Shown here in pieces: positions 39,583 through 50,649 of a stretch of 64,000 nucleotides of DNA (position 1 is its first letter; every line of letters begins with the position of its first letter). The DNA is from an uncultured Alphaproteobacteria bacterium (lineage in GTDB: Bacteria > Pseudomonadota > Alphaproteobacteria > RF32 > CAG-239). The notes beneath the pieces are model-generated. The model was given only the letters and a program-made list of their open reading frames with translations. It did no database searches and was not told the DNA's origin. The position numbers and the translations under genes were made by a program. The stretch lies in NCBI GenBank assembly GCA_944390275.1, contig CALXPL010000004.1:95814-159813 (forward strand), read 5' to 3'.

Positions 39583-40971
39583 TTAGAAATCGCGGGCAGG
39601 AACACCGTTCTGCCAATTTTTTTCAATCTGCTCAAGAGAGCGACCTTTGGTTTCCGGTAAATATTTGTAAGTAAAGAACAAACTAAAGATACCGATAACC
39701 CCAAATATCCAGAAGGTATAAGCTTCACCGATTTTTTCGAGCAAGACCGGAAAAGTCAAAGCAACAACGAAGTTAAATCCGAAGTTAGCCATGGTACAAA
39801 GGCTCATAGCCAAACCGCGAATTTTAAGCGGCATGATTTCAGAAACGATAATCCAACCGATAGGTCCGAGAGAAAAGGCAAAGCATGCGATATAAACCAC
39901 AATACTGGCCACGGCTACCCATTTCAAATTATCACCCAAAATATCCGTCAGGAAGAAGGATCCACCCAGAGCAAACAAGCTGAGGGTAACGCCGCATAAG
40001 CCGGCATAGAGCAGGGGTTTTCTGCCGACTTTATCCGTAAAGAAGATAGCTACAAAAGTCATGGTAAAATTAACGACACCGACACCGATTGTTGCATAAA
40101 GGGCACCGAGAGTATCGGTAAAACCGGCAGCTTTAAAGATGGTTGCCGTATAATAGATGATGGTATTAATACCGGTGCAAATCTGCATAAACATCATTCC
40201 GACACCGACAATAACCGGCATAATCATCCATTTTTGGAAGGGAGTTTTTTGAGAAGAAGTCTTTGTTTGAGATTTGAGAGTTGATTTAATTTCGGCAATA
40301 TGTTCATTTGGATTCGCATCGGGTTCAATTTTTTTGAAAATTTCGCGAGCTTCAGCCTCACGTTTTTTAGAAATCAACCAACGTGGAGTATCTCCCAAGA
40401 AGCTAATTCCGATAAGAAGGATAAGAGCTGGAATAAGTCCGGCTCCGAGCATCCAACGCCAGTTATATTCGCTCAAAGCGAAGACTCGGTTAATCAAATA
40501 AGAGAAGAGGATACCGGCGGTAATAGCGAGTTGATAAAGGGAAACCAACATACCTCTAACTTTTTGTGGAGATAATTCAGAGAGGTAGAGAGGGATAACG
40601 AAATTCACCATACCGATAGCCAGACCTAAAATCATACGACCGCAAATGAGCCAAAAGACGCTAGTTGCAAAACCGCACAAAAGCGAGCCGATGGCAAAGA
40701 TGATTGCGGTTGCGATAATAACTTTTTTTCGCCCATAGACATCAGCTAAGACACCATTAGCCGCGGCACCGAGTACAGCACCGACCAAAGCGGAACTGAC
40801 GACCCAACCTTGTTCAAGGGCGGAAAGCGGCCAAGTATCATTAATAAAGAGTAAAGCACCGGAAATGACACCGGTATCGAAACCGGAAAGCAAGCCGCCT
40901 AAAGAGGCGACACCGGCAATAACATAAAGCCAAAGATGACGGAGCTTGAAGGTCGCGACGGAATTTTTCAT
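39583..40971 (-). CDS. Sugar porter family MFS transporter
   Basis: GFDTGVISG, DVYGRKK, TGINTIIYY, LPETKGRSLE. Confidence 0.93.
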   Translation of the reverse strand: MKNSVATFKLRHLWLYVIAGVASLGGLLSGFDTGVISGALLFINDTWPLSALEQGWVVSSALVGAVLGAAANGVLADVYGRKKVIIATAIIFAIGSLLCGFATSVFWLICGRMILGLAIGMVNFVIPLYLSELSPQKVRGMLVSLYQLAITAGILFSYLINRVFALSEYNWRWMLGAGLIPALILLIGISFLGDTPRWLISKKREAEAREIFKKIEPDANPNEHIAEIKSTLKSQTKTSSQKTPFQKWMIMPVIVGVGMMFMQICTGINTIIYYTATIFKAAGFTDTLGALYATIGVGVVNFTMTFVAIFFTDKVGRKPLLYAGLCGVTLSLFALGGSFFLTDILGDNLKWVAVASIVVYIACFAFSLGPIGWIIVSEIMPLKIRGLAMSLCTMANFGFNFVVALTFPVLLEKIGEAYTFWIFGVIGIFSLFFTYKYLPETKGRSLEQIEKNWQNGVPARDF

Positions 40972-41106
40972 AAAACATCTCCACAAAAATTAATGTAACA
41001 AAGATATAATAACATAAAAAGAAAAAACAATAAATAGCATTAAGAGTTTTTAAAAAAGTTCTTATTAAAATAGCACAAAATCATAATTAAATAAAAGGGT
41101 AGCGGA

Positions 41107-42429
41107 ATGATAAAGCGGGGGATAATGTTGTGTCTTGGCTTAAGCGGATTGTGCAGCACCAATGCATGCGCATCAGTAGCTTATATGGAAAAAGCCGGAC
41201 AGCCTCCGCGAGAATATCAAGAATGGTTAAAAGATTTGCAAGAAGAAATGCACGACAAAGGGATATCGACAGCGACATTGGGAAAAGCCTTTGCCAAAAA
41301 TTACTATCACCCGAAACATAAAGTTGTCGAAAAAGACCGCAATCAAGCGGAATTCATCATGAGTAGTACGGAATATCTCAATCGCTTGGTCAATCGTCAA
41401 CGAGTAGAGAAGGGAAAGCAAAAATATAAAGAGATTCGTTCTCACTATCAAAAGGTTGAGAAGGACTATGGTGTTCCGTTAAATTATTTGGTTGCCTTTT
41501 GGGGAATGGAAACCAATTACGGAAAAAGTTTTGGCAATCATGAAGTCATAGAAGCCTTAACGGTTTTGAGTTATGACAACCGCCGTCCGCAATTTTTTCG
41601 AAACGAATTATATCAGGCATTAAAAATCATAGACAACGGAAACATTACGGTTGAAGGAATGGAAGGTTCTTGGGCCGGAGCCATGGGACATTTTCAGTTT
41701 ATGCCGTCAACTTATAATGCCTATGCGGTTGATTATGATAAAGACGGCAAAATAGATATTTGGAACAATTACGGAGATGCCATAGCATCCGCGGCGAATT
41801 ATTTGCAAAGCATCGGGTGGAAAAGAGGAGAGCCGTGGGGAATGGAAGTAACGCTTCCGTGGAATTTTGATTACACAAAGAGCGGCCGAGAAATAAAAAA
41901 GAGTATAAAAGATTGGGAAAAATCAGGTGTAAGAAAAAACAACGGCAAGAAGCTAGGATTAAATGCAGAGTTAAAAGGTTCAATAATCGTACCGGAAGGT
42001 TATAAAGGCCAAGCCTATTTGGTATTGGACAATTTTGATAAAATCATGCAATGGAACAAATCGGAAAATTATGCTTTGGGAGTATCTTTGTTAGCCGACT
42101 ACGTAAAAAGCGGCAAAGCATGGCAAGCGCGACAAAACAAGAGTCAAAAAGAAAAAATTTCCAATGAAGACATCCTTGAACTTCAAAAGTTCATCAACCA
42201 ACACAAAATTGCCCAAATTACCGAAGACGGACAATTAGGGAGTAAAACACGAACGGCAATAAAGAAATTGCAAAAGAAAGCAGGTTTTCCGGCGGATGGC
42301 TACCCCAGCATTCGCTTGATAAATAAAATTAAAAATTTTGATGAAAAGATAGGATTTTCGGTACCGCTACAACCCCAAAAGCCTCATAGGAAGCCCAACA
42401 AAACACGCTCCGAGATAAAGAAAAAATGA
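41107..42429 (+). CDS. mltB: Lytic murein transglycosylase (MltB/SLT_2 with PG-binding domain)
   Basis: WGMETNYG, GSWAGAMGHFQFMPS. Confidence 0.9.
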   Translation: MIKRGIMLCLGLSGLCSTNACASVAYMEKAGQPPREYQEWLKDLQEEMHDKGISTATLGKAFAKNYYHPKHKVVEKDRNQAEFIMSSTEYLNRLVNRQRVEKGKQKYKEIRSHYQKVEKDYGVPLNYLVAFWGMETNYGKSFGNHEVIEALTVLSYDNRRPQFFRNELYQALKIIDNGNITVEGMEGSWAGAMGHFQFMPSTYNAYAVDYDKDGKIDIWNNYGDAIASAANYLQSIGWKRGEPWGMEVTLPWNFDYTKSGREIKKSIKDWEKSGVRKNNGKKLGLNAELKGSIIVPEGYKGQAYLVLDNFDKIMQWNKSENYALGVSLLADYVKSGKAWQARQNKSQKEKISNEDILELQKFINQHKIAQITEDGQLGSKTRTAIKKLQKKAGFPADGYPSIRLINKIKNFDEKIGFSVPLQPQKPHRKPNKTRSEIKKK

Positions 42430-42524
42430 ATTCACAGGGATAAAATCGGGTCTTTACGAAGTCAGAAAAAGAGTTTATCTTAATTGAGATAAAAAAATCA
42501 AAGAGAAAATATTAAGGTACCGCA

Positions 42525-43505
42525 ATGAATCGTCTAATTACAAAAATCATATTGGGAGCAGCCCTGATAGGCTTGGCAGGCTGTGCCAGCAAAGAAGTTG
42601 ATTTGGATGCCTCTCCTTATTCGCAAGCAGAAACGATAAAAGACATGGGAGGAAGTTATAAAGTAGGAAAGCCCTATGAAATAATGGGACAAACTTATTA
42701 TCCTCGTGAAGATTATAAGTATTCGGAAGTTGGTATAGCATCATGGTATGGTGAAGATTTTCATGAAAAGACGACAGCAAACGGAGAAGAATATGATATG
42801 AACAGCCTAACCGCAGCGCATAGAACGCTTCCGTTGCCGTCGATTGTAAAAGTAACCAACTTGGAAAATGGTCGTTCTTTAATTTTGAGAGTTAATGACC
42901 GCGGTCCTTATGCCAAGAACAGGATTATAGATATATCAAAGCGCGGAGCGCAATTATTAGGTTTCCAATCAAAAGGCACAGCGAAAGTTCGGGTTGAGAT
43001 TATGCCCAAAGAAAGTATAGCCCTTAAGCAAGCCTTATTGGGACAGGAGTTAGAACCGACATATGCCTTGTATAACGCTCGTTCTGAAGCCTTAGCCATA
43101 CCACCGGGGGCGGGGAGAGTAAGCCAAGTTTCAAATACGATACCGGCGGCACAAATGAGTGATTTTGAAAAAGACCGCAACTATCTGGTTGGAGCTGAAG
43201 TTGCCCAAGAAACTCCTGAAAGGATAAATGTACCGCAACGTCCGCAAATCAGCACAACCGGAGTTATCGGCAACGGGAAAAAGTTTTATGTTCAAGCCGG
43301 AGCTTTTTCAGAAGAAGCACGAGCCCAAAATCTATCAGCAAAATTACAAAGAATAGGCAGCGTCAATATGACGGTAGCAACGGTAAACGGAACAGATTTT
43401 TATCGTGTACGCTTAGGACCTTATAACACGGAAGACGATGCAAACACCACGTTAAGCAAATTAATAAACTACGGCATTTCGAATGCACGCATCATTAAAG
43501 ATTAG
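42525..43505 (+). CDS. rlpA: Septal ring lytic transglycosylase RlpA
   Basis: Lipobox LAGC, GIASWYG, TAAHRTLPLP, C-terminal SPOR domain. Confidence 0.93.
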   Translation: MNRLITKIILGAALIGLAGCASKEVDLDASPYSQAETIKDMGGSYKVGKPYEIMGQTYYPREDYKYSEVGIASWYGEDFHEKTTANGEEYDMNSLTAAHRTLPLPSIVKVTNLENGRSLILRVNDRGPYAKNRIIDISKRGAQLLGFQSKGTAKVRVEIMPKESIALKQALLGQELEPTYALYNARSEALAIPPGAGRVSQVSNTIPAAQMSDFEKDRNYLVGAEVAQETPERINVPQRPQISTTGVIGNGKKFYVQAGAFSEEARAQNLSAKLQRIGSVNMTVATVNGTDFYRVRLGPYNTEDDANTTLSKLINYGISNARIIKD

Positions 43506-43532
43506 ACGAGAAGATATAAGAAGGGACAGACA

Positions 43533-44684
43533 ATGACATATAAACAGGGACTGGGATTAGCACTCTTAACAAGCTGTATCATGAGTTGGGGCATGGATGT
43601 TTCAGCCATGGAAACCAAAGCGCGAAACGCTATTTTAATAGATTTTACGACCGGACAACAATTATATGCCAAAGACCATAAAAGAATGGTACCTCCGGCA
43701 TCAATGAGTAAGTTAATGACTGTTTATATGATATTTGACAAATTAAAAGACGGTTCATTGTCGTTAGATGATACCTTCACGGTGAGTGAAAACGCATGGC
43801 GCAAGGGCGGAGCGGCCACCGGAGGATCGACCATGTTTTTGAAGATTGGTCAAAAAGTTCGTGTTGAAGATTTGCTAAAGGGAATTTTAATACAATCAGG
43901 AAATGATGCGTGCATAGTAGCAGCGGAAAACATCTCGGGTTCGGAAGAAGACTTTGCCGCACAAATGAACATCAAAGCCAAGCAAATGGGTTTAGGCAAC
44001 AGTTCATTTGTCAATTCGACGGGATTACCGGATCCGGAACATAGAATGTCTGTTGAAGATTTAGCGAAATTGTCCAAAGCCATTATCGAAGAATTTCCGG
44101 AATTTTACCATTTATTTTCAGAAAAGAATTTTACCTATAACGGCATAAAGCAAGGCAATCGCAATCCTTTGTTATACAGTATGCCCAATGCGGACGGTTT
44201 AAAGACGGGACATACGGAAGAAGCAGGTTTCAGCTTGGTAGCATCCGCCAAGAAAGGCGACAGAAGATTGATTGAAGTCATGACCGGCATGAAAAGCAAC
44301 AAAGAACGCTCGGAAGAAGCGGAAAAATTGATGTCATGGGGTTTCAGAGAATTTCAAAATTATAAGATTTATGAAGCCGGACAAAAAATAGTTGAAGTAC
44401 CGGTCTGGTTTGGCAAAAGCAAAAGCGTCAATTTAGTTGTTAATGAAGATGTAATCAAGACTTTGCCGCGTAATAAAAGAGATGAAATAAAACTGATTGC
44501 CGTATATAAAAAACCATTGCCTGCTCCGATACAAAAAGGAGAAGAACTGGGGCAATTAAAAATAGAGATACCGGGGATGGAAACGGTAAAGATACCATTA
44601 TTCGCGGCAGATAATGTTGAAAAACAAGGATTTTTCGGCAGAATCAGTACAAATTTAAAATATCTGATATTTGGGGCAGAATAA
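43533..44684 (+). CDS. dacA: D-alanyl-D-alanine carboxypeptidase
   Basis: PASMSK, SGND and KTG motifs. Confidence 0.92.
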   Translation: MTYKQGLGLALLTSCIMSWGMDVSAMETKARNAILIDFTTGQQLYAKDHKRMVPPASMSKLMTVYMIFDKLKDGSLSLDDTFTVSENAWRKGGAATGGSTMFLKIGQKVRVEDLLKGILIQSGNDACIVAAENISGSEEDFAAQMNIKAKQMGLGNSSFVNSTGLPDPEHRMSVEDLAKLSKAIIEEFPEFYHLFSEKNFTYNGIKQGNRNPLLYSMPNADGLKTGHTEEAGFSLVASAKKGDRRLIEVMTGMKSNKERSEEAEKLMSWGFREFQNYKIYEAGQKIVEVPVWFGKSKSVNLVVNEDVIKTLPRNKRDEIKLIAVYKKPLPAPIQKGEELGQLKIEIPGMETVKIPLFAADNVEKQGFFGRISTNLKYLIFGAE

Positions 44685-45343
44685 TGACTTTGTCAGGAAA
44701 ATTCATAACCTTTGAAGGTGGTGAAGGAACAGGAAAATCGACCCAACTGAGGCTTTTGTCGGAATATCTCACCCAAAAAGGGATTGAAAACATCCAAACC
44801 AAGGAACCGGGAGGCACCGAGATTGGGTTAGAGTTAAGACGCATCTTGGTAACCGGAGATAAAGACAAGATGGATGCCGTTGCCGAAGCCTTAATGTATT
44901 ATGCCGACCGCAGAATACATTTAACCAAAAAAATCTGGCCGGCTCTGGAAAAAGGGGAATGGGTATTAAGCGACCGCTTTGCCGATTCGACGGTAGCTTA
45001 TCAATATTATGGTTATGAAAAACGTATTCCCAAAGATTTATTAGACGATTTATATAAAATCAGTGTCGGAGATTTCAAACCGGATTTAACTTTGATTTTA
45101 GACTTAGATCCGGAAATAGGATTGGCACGCTCCATGAAAAAAGCCTCCGGCATGGTTCAAAAAGAAACCCGTCATGAGAGCCGCGGTTTAAAATTTCATC
45201 AAAATCTCCGCGCGGGATTTTTGGAAATGGCCAAAGCCGAACCGCACAGATTTGTTGTCATCAATGCCGATACGGACATTAACAGCTTACACAGCCAAAT
45301 CGTTGAAGTCGTTAACGAAAGGTTTGGATTAAGCCATGAGTGA
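44684..45343 (+). CDS. tmk: Thymidylate kinase
   Basis: FITFEGGEGTGKSTQ, DRFADSTVAYQ. Confidence 0.96.
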   Translation: MTLSGKFITFEGGEGTGKSTQLRLLSEYLTQKGIENIQTKEPGGTEIGLELRRILVTGDKDKMDAVAEALMYYADRRIHLTKKIWPALEKGEWVLSDRFADSTVAYQYYGYEKRIPKDLLDDLYKISVGDFKPDLTLILDLDPEIGLARSMKKASGMVQKETRHESRGLKFHQNLRAGFLEMAKAEPHRFVVINADTDINSLHSQIVEVVNERFGLSHE

Positions 45344-46403
45344 AGGCAGTGAGAAGAGCGCAATTACCCCCAACAACAACCCCATTCTGCAAGGTCATGA
45401 AAAAGCAGAAGAAATATTGCTAGATGCATGGAAGCGCAATGCGTTGCACAATTCATGGTTAATCAGCGGCATTGAAGGCATCGGCAAGGCGACATTAGCA
45501 TACCGATTTGCCCGTTTTTTATTATCGGCAGATGAGAACAAAAGAGAAAGTTATACCAGTCTTAATGTTTCACAAGACAATCCGATATATCGTTTAATTG
45601 CTAACAATTCGCATCCCGATTTAAAAGTTTTGGAACGGGATTATACGGAAACGGATAGAAAGAAGATTTTAAAATCCATAAAGAGTGGAGAGCAACTGTC
45701 GGAAGACGAACAAAAGAACTTAAAAAGATCGGCATTCATCAAAGTCGATGAAGTTCGCACCGTAAATGAATTTTTAAGCAAACGTTCATCAAATGATGGG
45801 TGGCGTGTTGTGATTATTGACAGCATTGATGACATGAACACGGCCAGTGCCAACGCCATATTAAAAATATTGGAAGAACCGCCGCACAAAGCCTTAATGT
45901 TGCTCATCAGTCATAATCCGGCACGTTTATTAGCCACTATAAAATCGCGTTGTGCCAAACTTCCCTTACTTCCCTTGGAAGATAAGGTATTATCGAGTTT
46001 AATTCGTCGCTATCGTCCCGAATTAGAAGAACAGGACATCAAAGAGTTAACGGAACTCTGTTCCGGCAGTATCGGCAAAGCCATACGTTATGCCGAGCAT
46101 GATGCAATTGAGATATATGAAAGATTGGTCAAAGTAACAAGTGCCGCAAACAAACCAAAACTTGCGGAACAATTAAGTTTTTGTGAAGAAAACAGCGCAT
46201 CGGAAGAAAATTATGAACTTTGCAAAGAATTATTCTTAAAACGAATTACGGAAAGAATAAAGACCGATAAAGAAAAAGAAGAATTAGCCAAACTCTGGGA
46301 AAAAGCCGTACAAATGTTTGATGAAACAGAGCGTTTGAATATGGATAAGAAACAAGTATTACAACAACTTGTATATAATTTGAGTAAAATAAGCGAAGGG
46401 TAA
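45336..46403 (+). CDS. holB: DNA polymerase III subunit delta'
   Basis: GIGKATLAYRFA, HPDL, SANAILKILEEPP, TIKSRC. Confidence 0.92.
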   Translation: MSEGSEKSAITPNNNPILQGHEKAEEILLDAWKRNALHNSWLISGIEGIGKATLAYRFARFLLSADENKRESYTSLNVSQDNPIYRLIANNSHPDLKVLERDYTETDRKKILKSIKSGEQLSEDEQKNLKRSAFIKVDEVRTVNEFLSKRSSNDGWRVVIIDSIDDMNTASANAILKILEEPPHKALMLLISHNPARLLATIKSRCAKLPLLPLEDKVLSSLIRRYRPELEEQDIKELTELCSGSIGKAIRYAEHDAIEIYERLVKVTSAANKPKLAEQLSFCEENSASEENYELCKELFLKRITERIKTDKEKEELAKLWEKAVQMFDETERLNMDKKQVLQQLVYNLSKISEG

Positions 46404-46411
46404 GAAAAAGC

Positions 46412-47212
46412 ATGTTAGTGGACAGCCATTGTCATCTGGATTTTAATGACTTTGAGGAAGATTTTGAAGAAATGTTAGACAGAGCCAAAGAGCAGGGGGT
46501 TACAGCCATGCTCAATGCCGGCAACAACATAGGAGAGTTGCAACATCAACTTGAAATATCGGAAAAATATCCGTTTATTTATACGGCAGTCGGTGTTCAC
46601 CCGCACAATGCACATGAATATCCCGAGATAAAGGCGCAAGATTTCATAACAGCTGCGCAAGGCCACAAAAAAATCGTAGCCATAGGCGAATGTGGATTAG
46701 ATTACTACTATGATTACAGTCCGCGAGAAATGCAGATTAAAATATTTAAAGAGCAAATAAAAGCGGCACAAGAAACCGGACTTCCGTTAATCATTCATAA
46801 TCGGGAGTCAGACCAAGATATGATAGAAATTTTGCAAGCCGCATATAAAGAAAAGCCTTTCAGCGGAGTGATACATTGTTTTTCATCCGGTAAAGAATTG
46901 GCAGATTTTGCCTTATCGATAGGCTTTTACATTTCGGCATCAGGTATAATAACTTTTAACAAATCCAATGACATAAGAGAAGTTTTCGCACAAATACCGG
47001 AAGATAAATTATTGGTAGAAACAGATGCTCCTTATTTGGCACCGGTTCCGGTCCGAGGCCGCCGCAATGAATCGGCCTTTGTCAGCTACACGGCAGAAAA
47101 GCTGGCACAAATCAAGAACAAGAGCTTTGAAGAAATCGCCCAGATAACATCGGACAATTTCTACAAACTTTTCCGCAAAGCGAGTGACAAAGGGAGATAT
47201 GACTACGAATGA
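46412..47212 (+). CDS. tatD: TatD family DNase
   Basis: DSHCHL, GECGLDY, ETDAPYLAP. Confidence 0.93.
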   Translation: MLVDSHCHLDFNDFEEDFEEMLDRAKEQGVTAMLNAGNNIGELQHQLEISEKYPFIYTAVGVHPHNAHEYPEIKAQDFITAAQGHKKIVAIGECGLDYYYDYSPREMQIKIFKEQIKAAQETGLPLIIHNRESDQDMIEILQAAYKEKPFSGVIHCFSSGKELADFALSIGFYISASGIITFNKSNDIREVFAQIPEDKLLVETDAPYLAPVPVRGRRNESAFVSYTAEKLAQIKNKSFEEIAQITSDNFYKLFRKASDKGRYDYE

Positions 47213-48000
47213 GCGGAAAAATTATCATATTAGGAGCGGGAGCGGCTCCGGGAGTTCCGTCGTTATCCATGGGTTGGGGATATTGTAATCCAGCCAACAA
47301 AAAGAACGAAAGACACCGTACATCAACTTATGTCGAGCTAAAAGGTGTTAAGATATTAATAGATACGTCACCGGATTTACGGGAACAATTAATACAGAAT
47401 AACATCAAATCCTTAGACGGAGTTTTATACACTCATTCGCATGCCGACCATGTACATGGGATAGATGATTTGCGGGAAATAAATCGCTTATCTAGGCAAA
47501 GTCTGAATATCTATGGTGGGAAAAAGACCCTAAAAACAATCAAACAACGCTTTGACTATCTGATAGCCAAACCGCGACAAGTAAAGAATGTCGTAAGGAT
47601 GCCGAGTTTGATACCAAACACCGTAAAAGGTAATCATGAATTTTTTATAAAAGGGTTAAAGATAACCCCAATAAAACTATTGCAGCATTGTGAAGAATGT
47701 CTGGGCTATATTTTCAATGATGGCGAATATGTACATATAGCGGATTTCAAGCAGATAGCCGAAAGTGCGTTTAAGATGATAAAACGTCGTCCCAAATTAG
47801 TTGTCATGCCATTAACAACACCATACGGTCAAATACAGCATGCCGGATTGGATGAAGTTTTGGGTTACATCTCAAGAATAAATCCGGAAAGGGTCGTCTT
47901 AAACCATTTGGCAAGTGAAAGCGATTATGAAGAGTTGAGCCAAACCACACCGGATAATATTGACATAGCCTACGACGGCATGGAAATAGAAATCAAATAA
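47209..48000 (+). CDS. MBL-fold hydrolase (PhnP-like)
   Basis: IDTSPDLREQL, THSHADHVHGIDDLR. Confidence 0.88.
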   Translation: MSGKIIILGAGAAPGVPSLSMGWGYCNPANKKNERHRTSTYVELKGVKILIDTSPDLREQLIQNNIKSLDGVLYTHSHADHVHGIDDLREINRLSRQSLNIYGGKKTLKTIKQRFDYLIAKPRQVKNVVRMPSLIPNTVKGNHEFFIKGLKITPIKLLQHCEECLGYIFNDGEYVHIADFKQIAESAFKMIKRRPKLVVMPLTTPYGQIQHAGLDEVLGYISRINPERVVLNHLASESDYEELSQTTPDNIDIAYDGMEIEIK

Positions 48001-48057
48001 AGAAAGAAGAAAAAACAAGAAAGAAGTTAAAGAAAAAAGATAAGGAAGGGAAAAGAA

Positions 48058-48927
48058 ATGTTATGTATATATCATATAGCCGACCATGATGGCAAAGGTT
48101 CCGCGGCGATTGTGCGCAGCCGTTATCCGGAAATAGAATTATTGGGATTAAATCACGATATGGAAATCCCCTATGAAACGATAGAACAGCACGATAAAAT
48201 CATCGTATGCGACATTTCTTTACCGGTAGAATATATGTTTAAATTGAGCGAGAGCAAAGACTTTACCTGGATAGACCATCACAAATCGGTAATAGATGAA
48301 TATGACGCCTATCGCCAAGCAACAGGAAAAGCGGAAATAAAAGGCATAAGACGTTCGGGAACAGCGGCAATAGAATTGACATGGGAATATTTTTATCCCA
48401 AACAAGAAGTTCCTGAAGGAATACATTTATTGGCATTGCAAGATATTTATGACTTATCGGATCCTCGTGTTATGCCCTTTGAATATGCGTGCCAGTCCAT
48501 GGGGGTTAACCGTCCTGATGATGAATTATGGAAAAAAATCATCAATAACGAGTTAGACATAGCCGAAACGGTAGCCAAAGGCGAGGCGATATTATCATGG
48601 ATAAAGATAAGAGATTATCGTTTGGTAAGAGGAATGTCATTTACGAGTCATTATAAAGGAATGAAATGTATATGCGCCAACATGCCGCAAGGAAAATCAG
48701 CATTTTATGATTCACTTCCGCACATTGGAACATTTGATTTTATGGTAAATTTTTTCATGAACAAAAAGAACACATGGAATTTGTCGTTTTATACCAGCAA
48801 AGACAATGTTGACGTCTCAAAAATAGCGGCAGAATTCGGAGGAGGCGGACACCAAAAAGCGGCGGGGGCTTCATCGCTCAAAGAGCTTCCTGAATTTTTG
48901 CGCCACGGACAATACAGCAAAGAATAA
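48058..48927 (+). CDS. DHH/DHHA1 phosphoesterase (nanoRNase-like)
   Basis: YH.ADHDG, DIS, WIDHH, GGGGHQKAAG. Confidence 0.85.
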   Translation: MLCIYHIADHDGKGSAAIVRSRYPEIELLGLNHDMEIPYETIEQHDKIIVCDISLPVEYMFKLSESKDFTWIDHHKSVIDEYDAYRQATGKAEIKGIRRSGTAAIELTWEYFYPKQEVPEGIHLLALQDIYDLSDPRVMPFEYACQSMGVNRPDDELWKKIINNELDIAETVAKGEAILSWIKIRDYRLVRGMSFTSHYKGMKCICANMPQGKSAFYDSLPHIGTFDFMVNFFMNKKNTWNLSFYTSKDNVDVSKIAAEFGGGGHQKAAGASSLKELPEFLRHGQYSKE

Positions 48928-49004
48928 GAATTTTGCAAAAAAGCGGAAAAGCCGAATAAAAAAAGAAAACACTCCTTTGAAATAAAACAAAGGAGTGTAA
49001 TTTT

Positions 49005-49811
49005 TTAAGCAAATTTAATGCATCTCAACCAAAATTTCGGAGAATTATCTTTCATCATCAAAAACTCGGGAGCAGGCACATGAACACCTCCATTTGTTAA
49101 CACAAAAACCTTTCTGTTAAGAGGTTTCAAAGCCTTTATAAGAGATGGATTAAGATTTTTCAAAGCCCATTCTCGTGTTACAATGAGGTCCTGATAATAA
49201 ATTTCAGACACAGGTTGTCGTTGAATGGTTCCATCGGAGAAATAGCTTCTCTGAATAAGTTTAAAACCGATGACGGTACGAGGGGCATAAACGAGAGCGG
49301 CAATAGCTTCCGCTACGGTAGAGAACCCCGGTTCAACCACTTCTGCACCGATAAGTTCGACGGTATAATCTTGAACAAGCAGTTTCGCAACCGTTGAAAG
49401 TTTTTTCCGATTAATAAAAGCGAACATCAAACTCTCGGGATAAACTTGTACATTATCCGTATAAGGCAAACCATCTTTAAGACGTTCATTAAAAACGATT
49501 TCAGAAAAGCCTTGTTCTTTCCAATCTTCAATTTTTTTAATAAAATGAGAAGGATAGAGAGACAAGTCCAAATCAGGGGTATCAATTTTTAATTTTTTAC
49601 CAAAGGCAAAGATTTGATTATTTTCTTTATTTTCCAACAGACGGGAATTAAGTGTGTAACAAAACTCGCGAGAGAAAGAAATATAAAAACCGTTTCGTTG
49701 ATACATTTGCAGAACGGCCTGTCGGAAAGAACGTTCAATACGAGCCGTATTCAAACCGTCTTGTTCAGCAATGTCAAAAATCGGAACACGAAATAAAACT
49801 TTAGTAGCCAT
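49005..49811 (-). CDS. Hypothetical protein
   Basis: 268-aa ORF with its own TTGACT-N17-TATCTT promoter and a hairpin at about 48969-48998. Confidence 0.55.
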   Translation of the reverse strand: MATKVLFRVPIFDIAEQDGLNTARIERSFRQAVLQMYQRNGFYISFSREFCYTLNSRLLENKENNQIFAFGKKLKIDTPDLDLSLYPSHFIKKIEDWKEQGFSEIVFNERLKDGLPYTDNVQVYPESLMFAFINRKKLSTVAKLLVQDYTVELIGAEVVEPGFSTVAEAIAALVYAPRTVIGFKLIQRSYFSDGTIQRQPVSEIYYQDLIVTREWALKNLNPSLIKALKPLNRKVFVLTNGGVHVPAPEFLMMKDNSPKFWLRCIKFA

Positions 49812-49884
49812 AATTATAAGAATTAAATATTAATAATAAAAAAAACAAGATGAAGATAACCGAAGTTAGACAAAAAGTCAAATT

Positions 49885-50535
49885 TTATTTTTGAGCCAAT
49901 AAGGAAGCAAATTGGGCGACAATCTGCTCAAACATTTCGAAAGTCAAAACACCTGTATTAATGTTATACCGTGAGGTATGGTAGGAATTGAGCAATAGGA
50001 GATTATGCTTATCAAGAAAATGAACAGCCCCATGTTTAAATTTAAAATTAGATTTTTTATAACCGAGAACGGACAAAACGGCATTATGAGCGATTCCGCC
50101 GAGAGTAAGAATGAGTTTAAGATTAGGCATAGCGGCAATTTCATCGGTTAAGAACTTTCCGCAATTTCGAATTTCTTCACCGGTAGGCTTGTTTTCAGGA
50201 GGAACGCAGCGCACGGAATTTGTAATTCGAACATTTAAGAGTTCGAAGCCGTCATCTTTACGTTTTTTATATTCTCCTTGAGCAAAGCCAAATTTTTTAA
50301 GAATAGGGTAGAGGACATCACCGGCATAATCATTTGTAAAAGGACGCGCGGTTTGGTTAGCTCCGTTTAACCCCGGAGCAAGTCCAACGATAAGGACTTG
50401 AGCATTCAAGGGACCGAAAGGAGGAACGGGAGCATTAAAATAGGTAGGAAATTTTAAACGATTTGCAGAACGAAATTCGACCAAACGGGGGCAAAGGGAA
50501 CAGTTTTTATCGGGACAAACAAAAGTCATAATCAA
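49885..50535 (-). CDS. Uracil-DNA glycosylase, family 5 (UdgB-like)
   Basis: CSLCPRL, GLAPG..GAN.T.RPFT, VRCVPPENKP, YHTSRYN. Confidence 0.88.
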   Translation of the reverse strand: MIMTFVCPDKNCSLCPRLVEFRSANRLKFPTYFNAPVPPFGPLNAQVLIVGLAPGLNGANQTARPFTNDYAGDVLYPILKKFGFAQGEYKKRKDDGFELLNVRITNSVRCVPPENKPTGEEIRNCGKFLTDEIAAMPNLKLILTLGGIAHNAVLSVLGYKKSNFKFKHGAVHFLDKHNLLLLNSYHTSRYNINTGVLTFEMFEQIVAQFASLLAQK

Positions 50536-50649
50536 AAATCCTTAAAAAGGAGCACAAGGAATATTAAGATTGTGCATCACTAAAGTTTTTACATTGCATA
50601 AATATTTACGCATGATATTTTTTAAGAAAAAATTAACAAGGAGAAAGAA

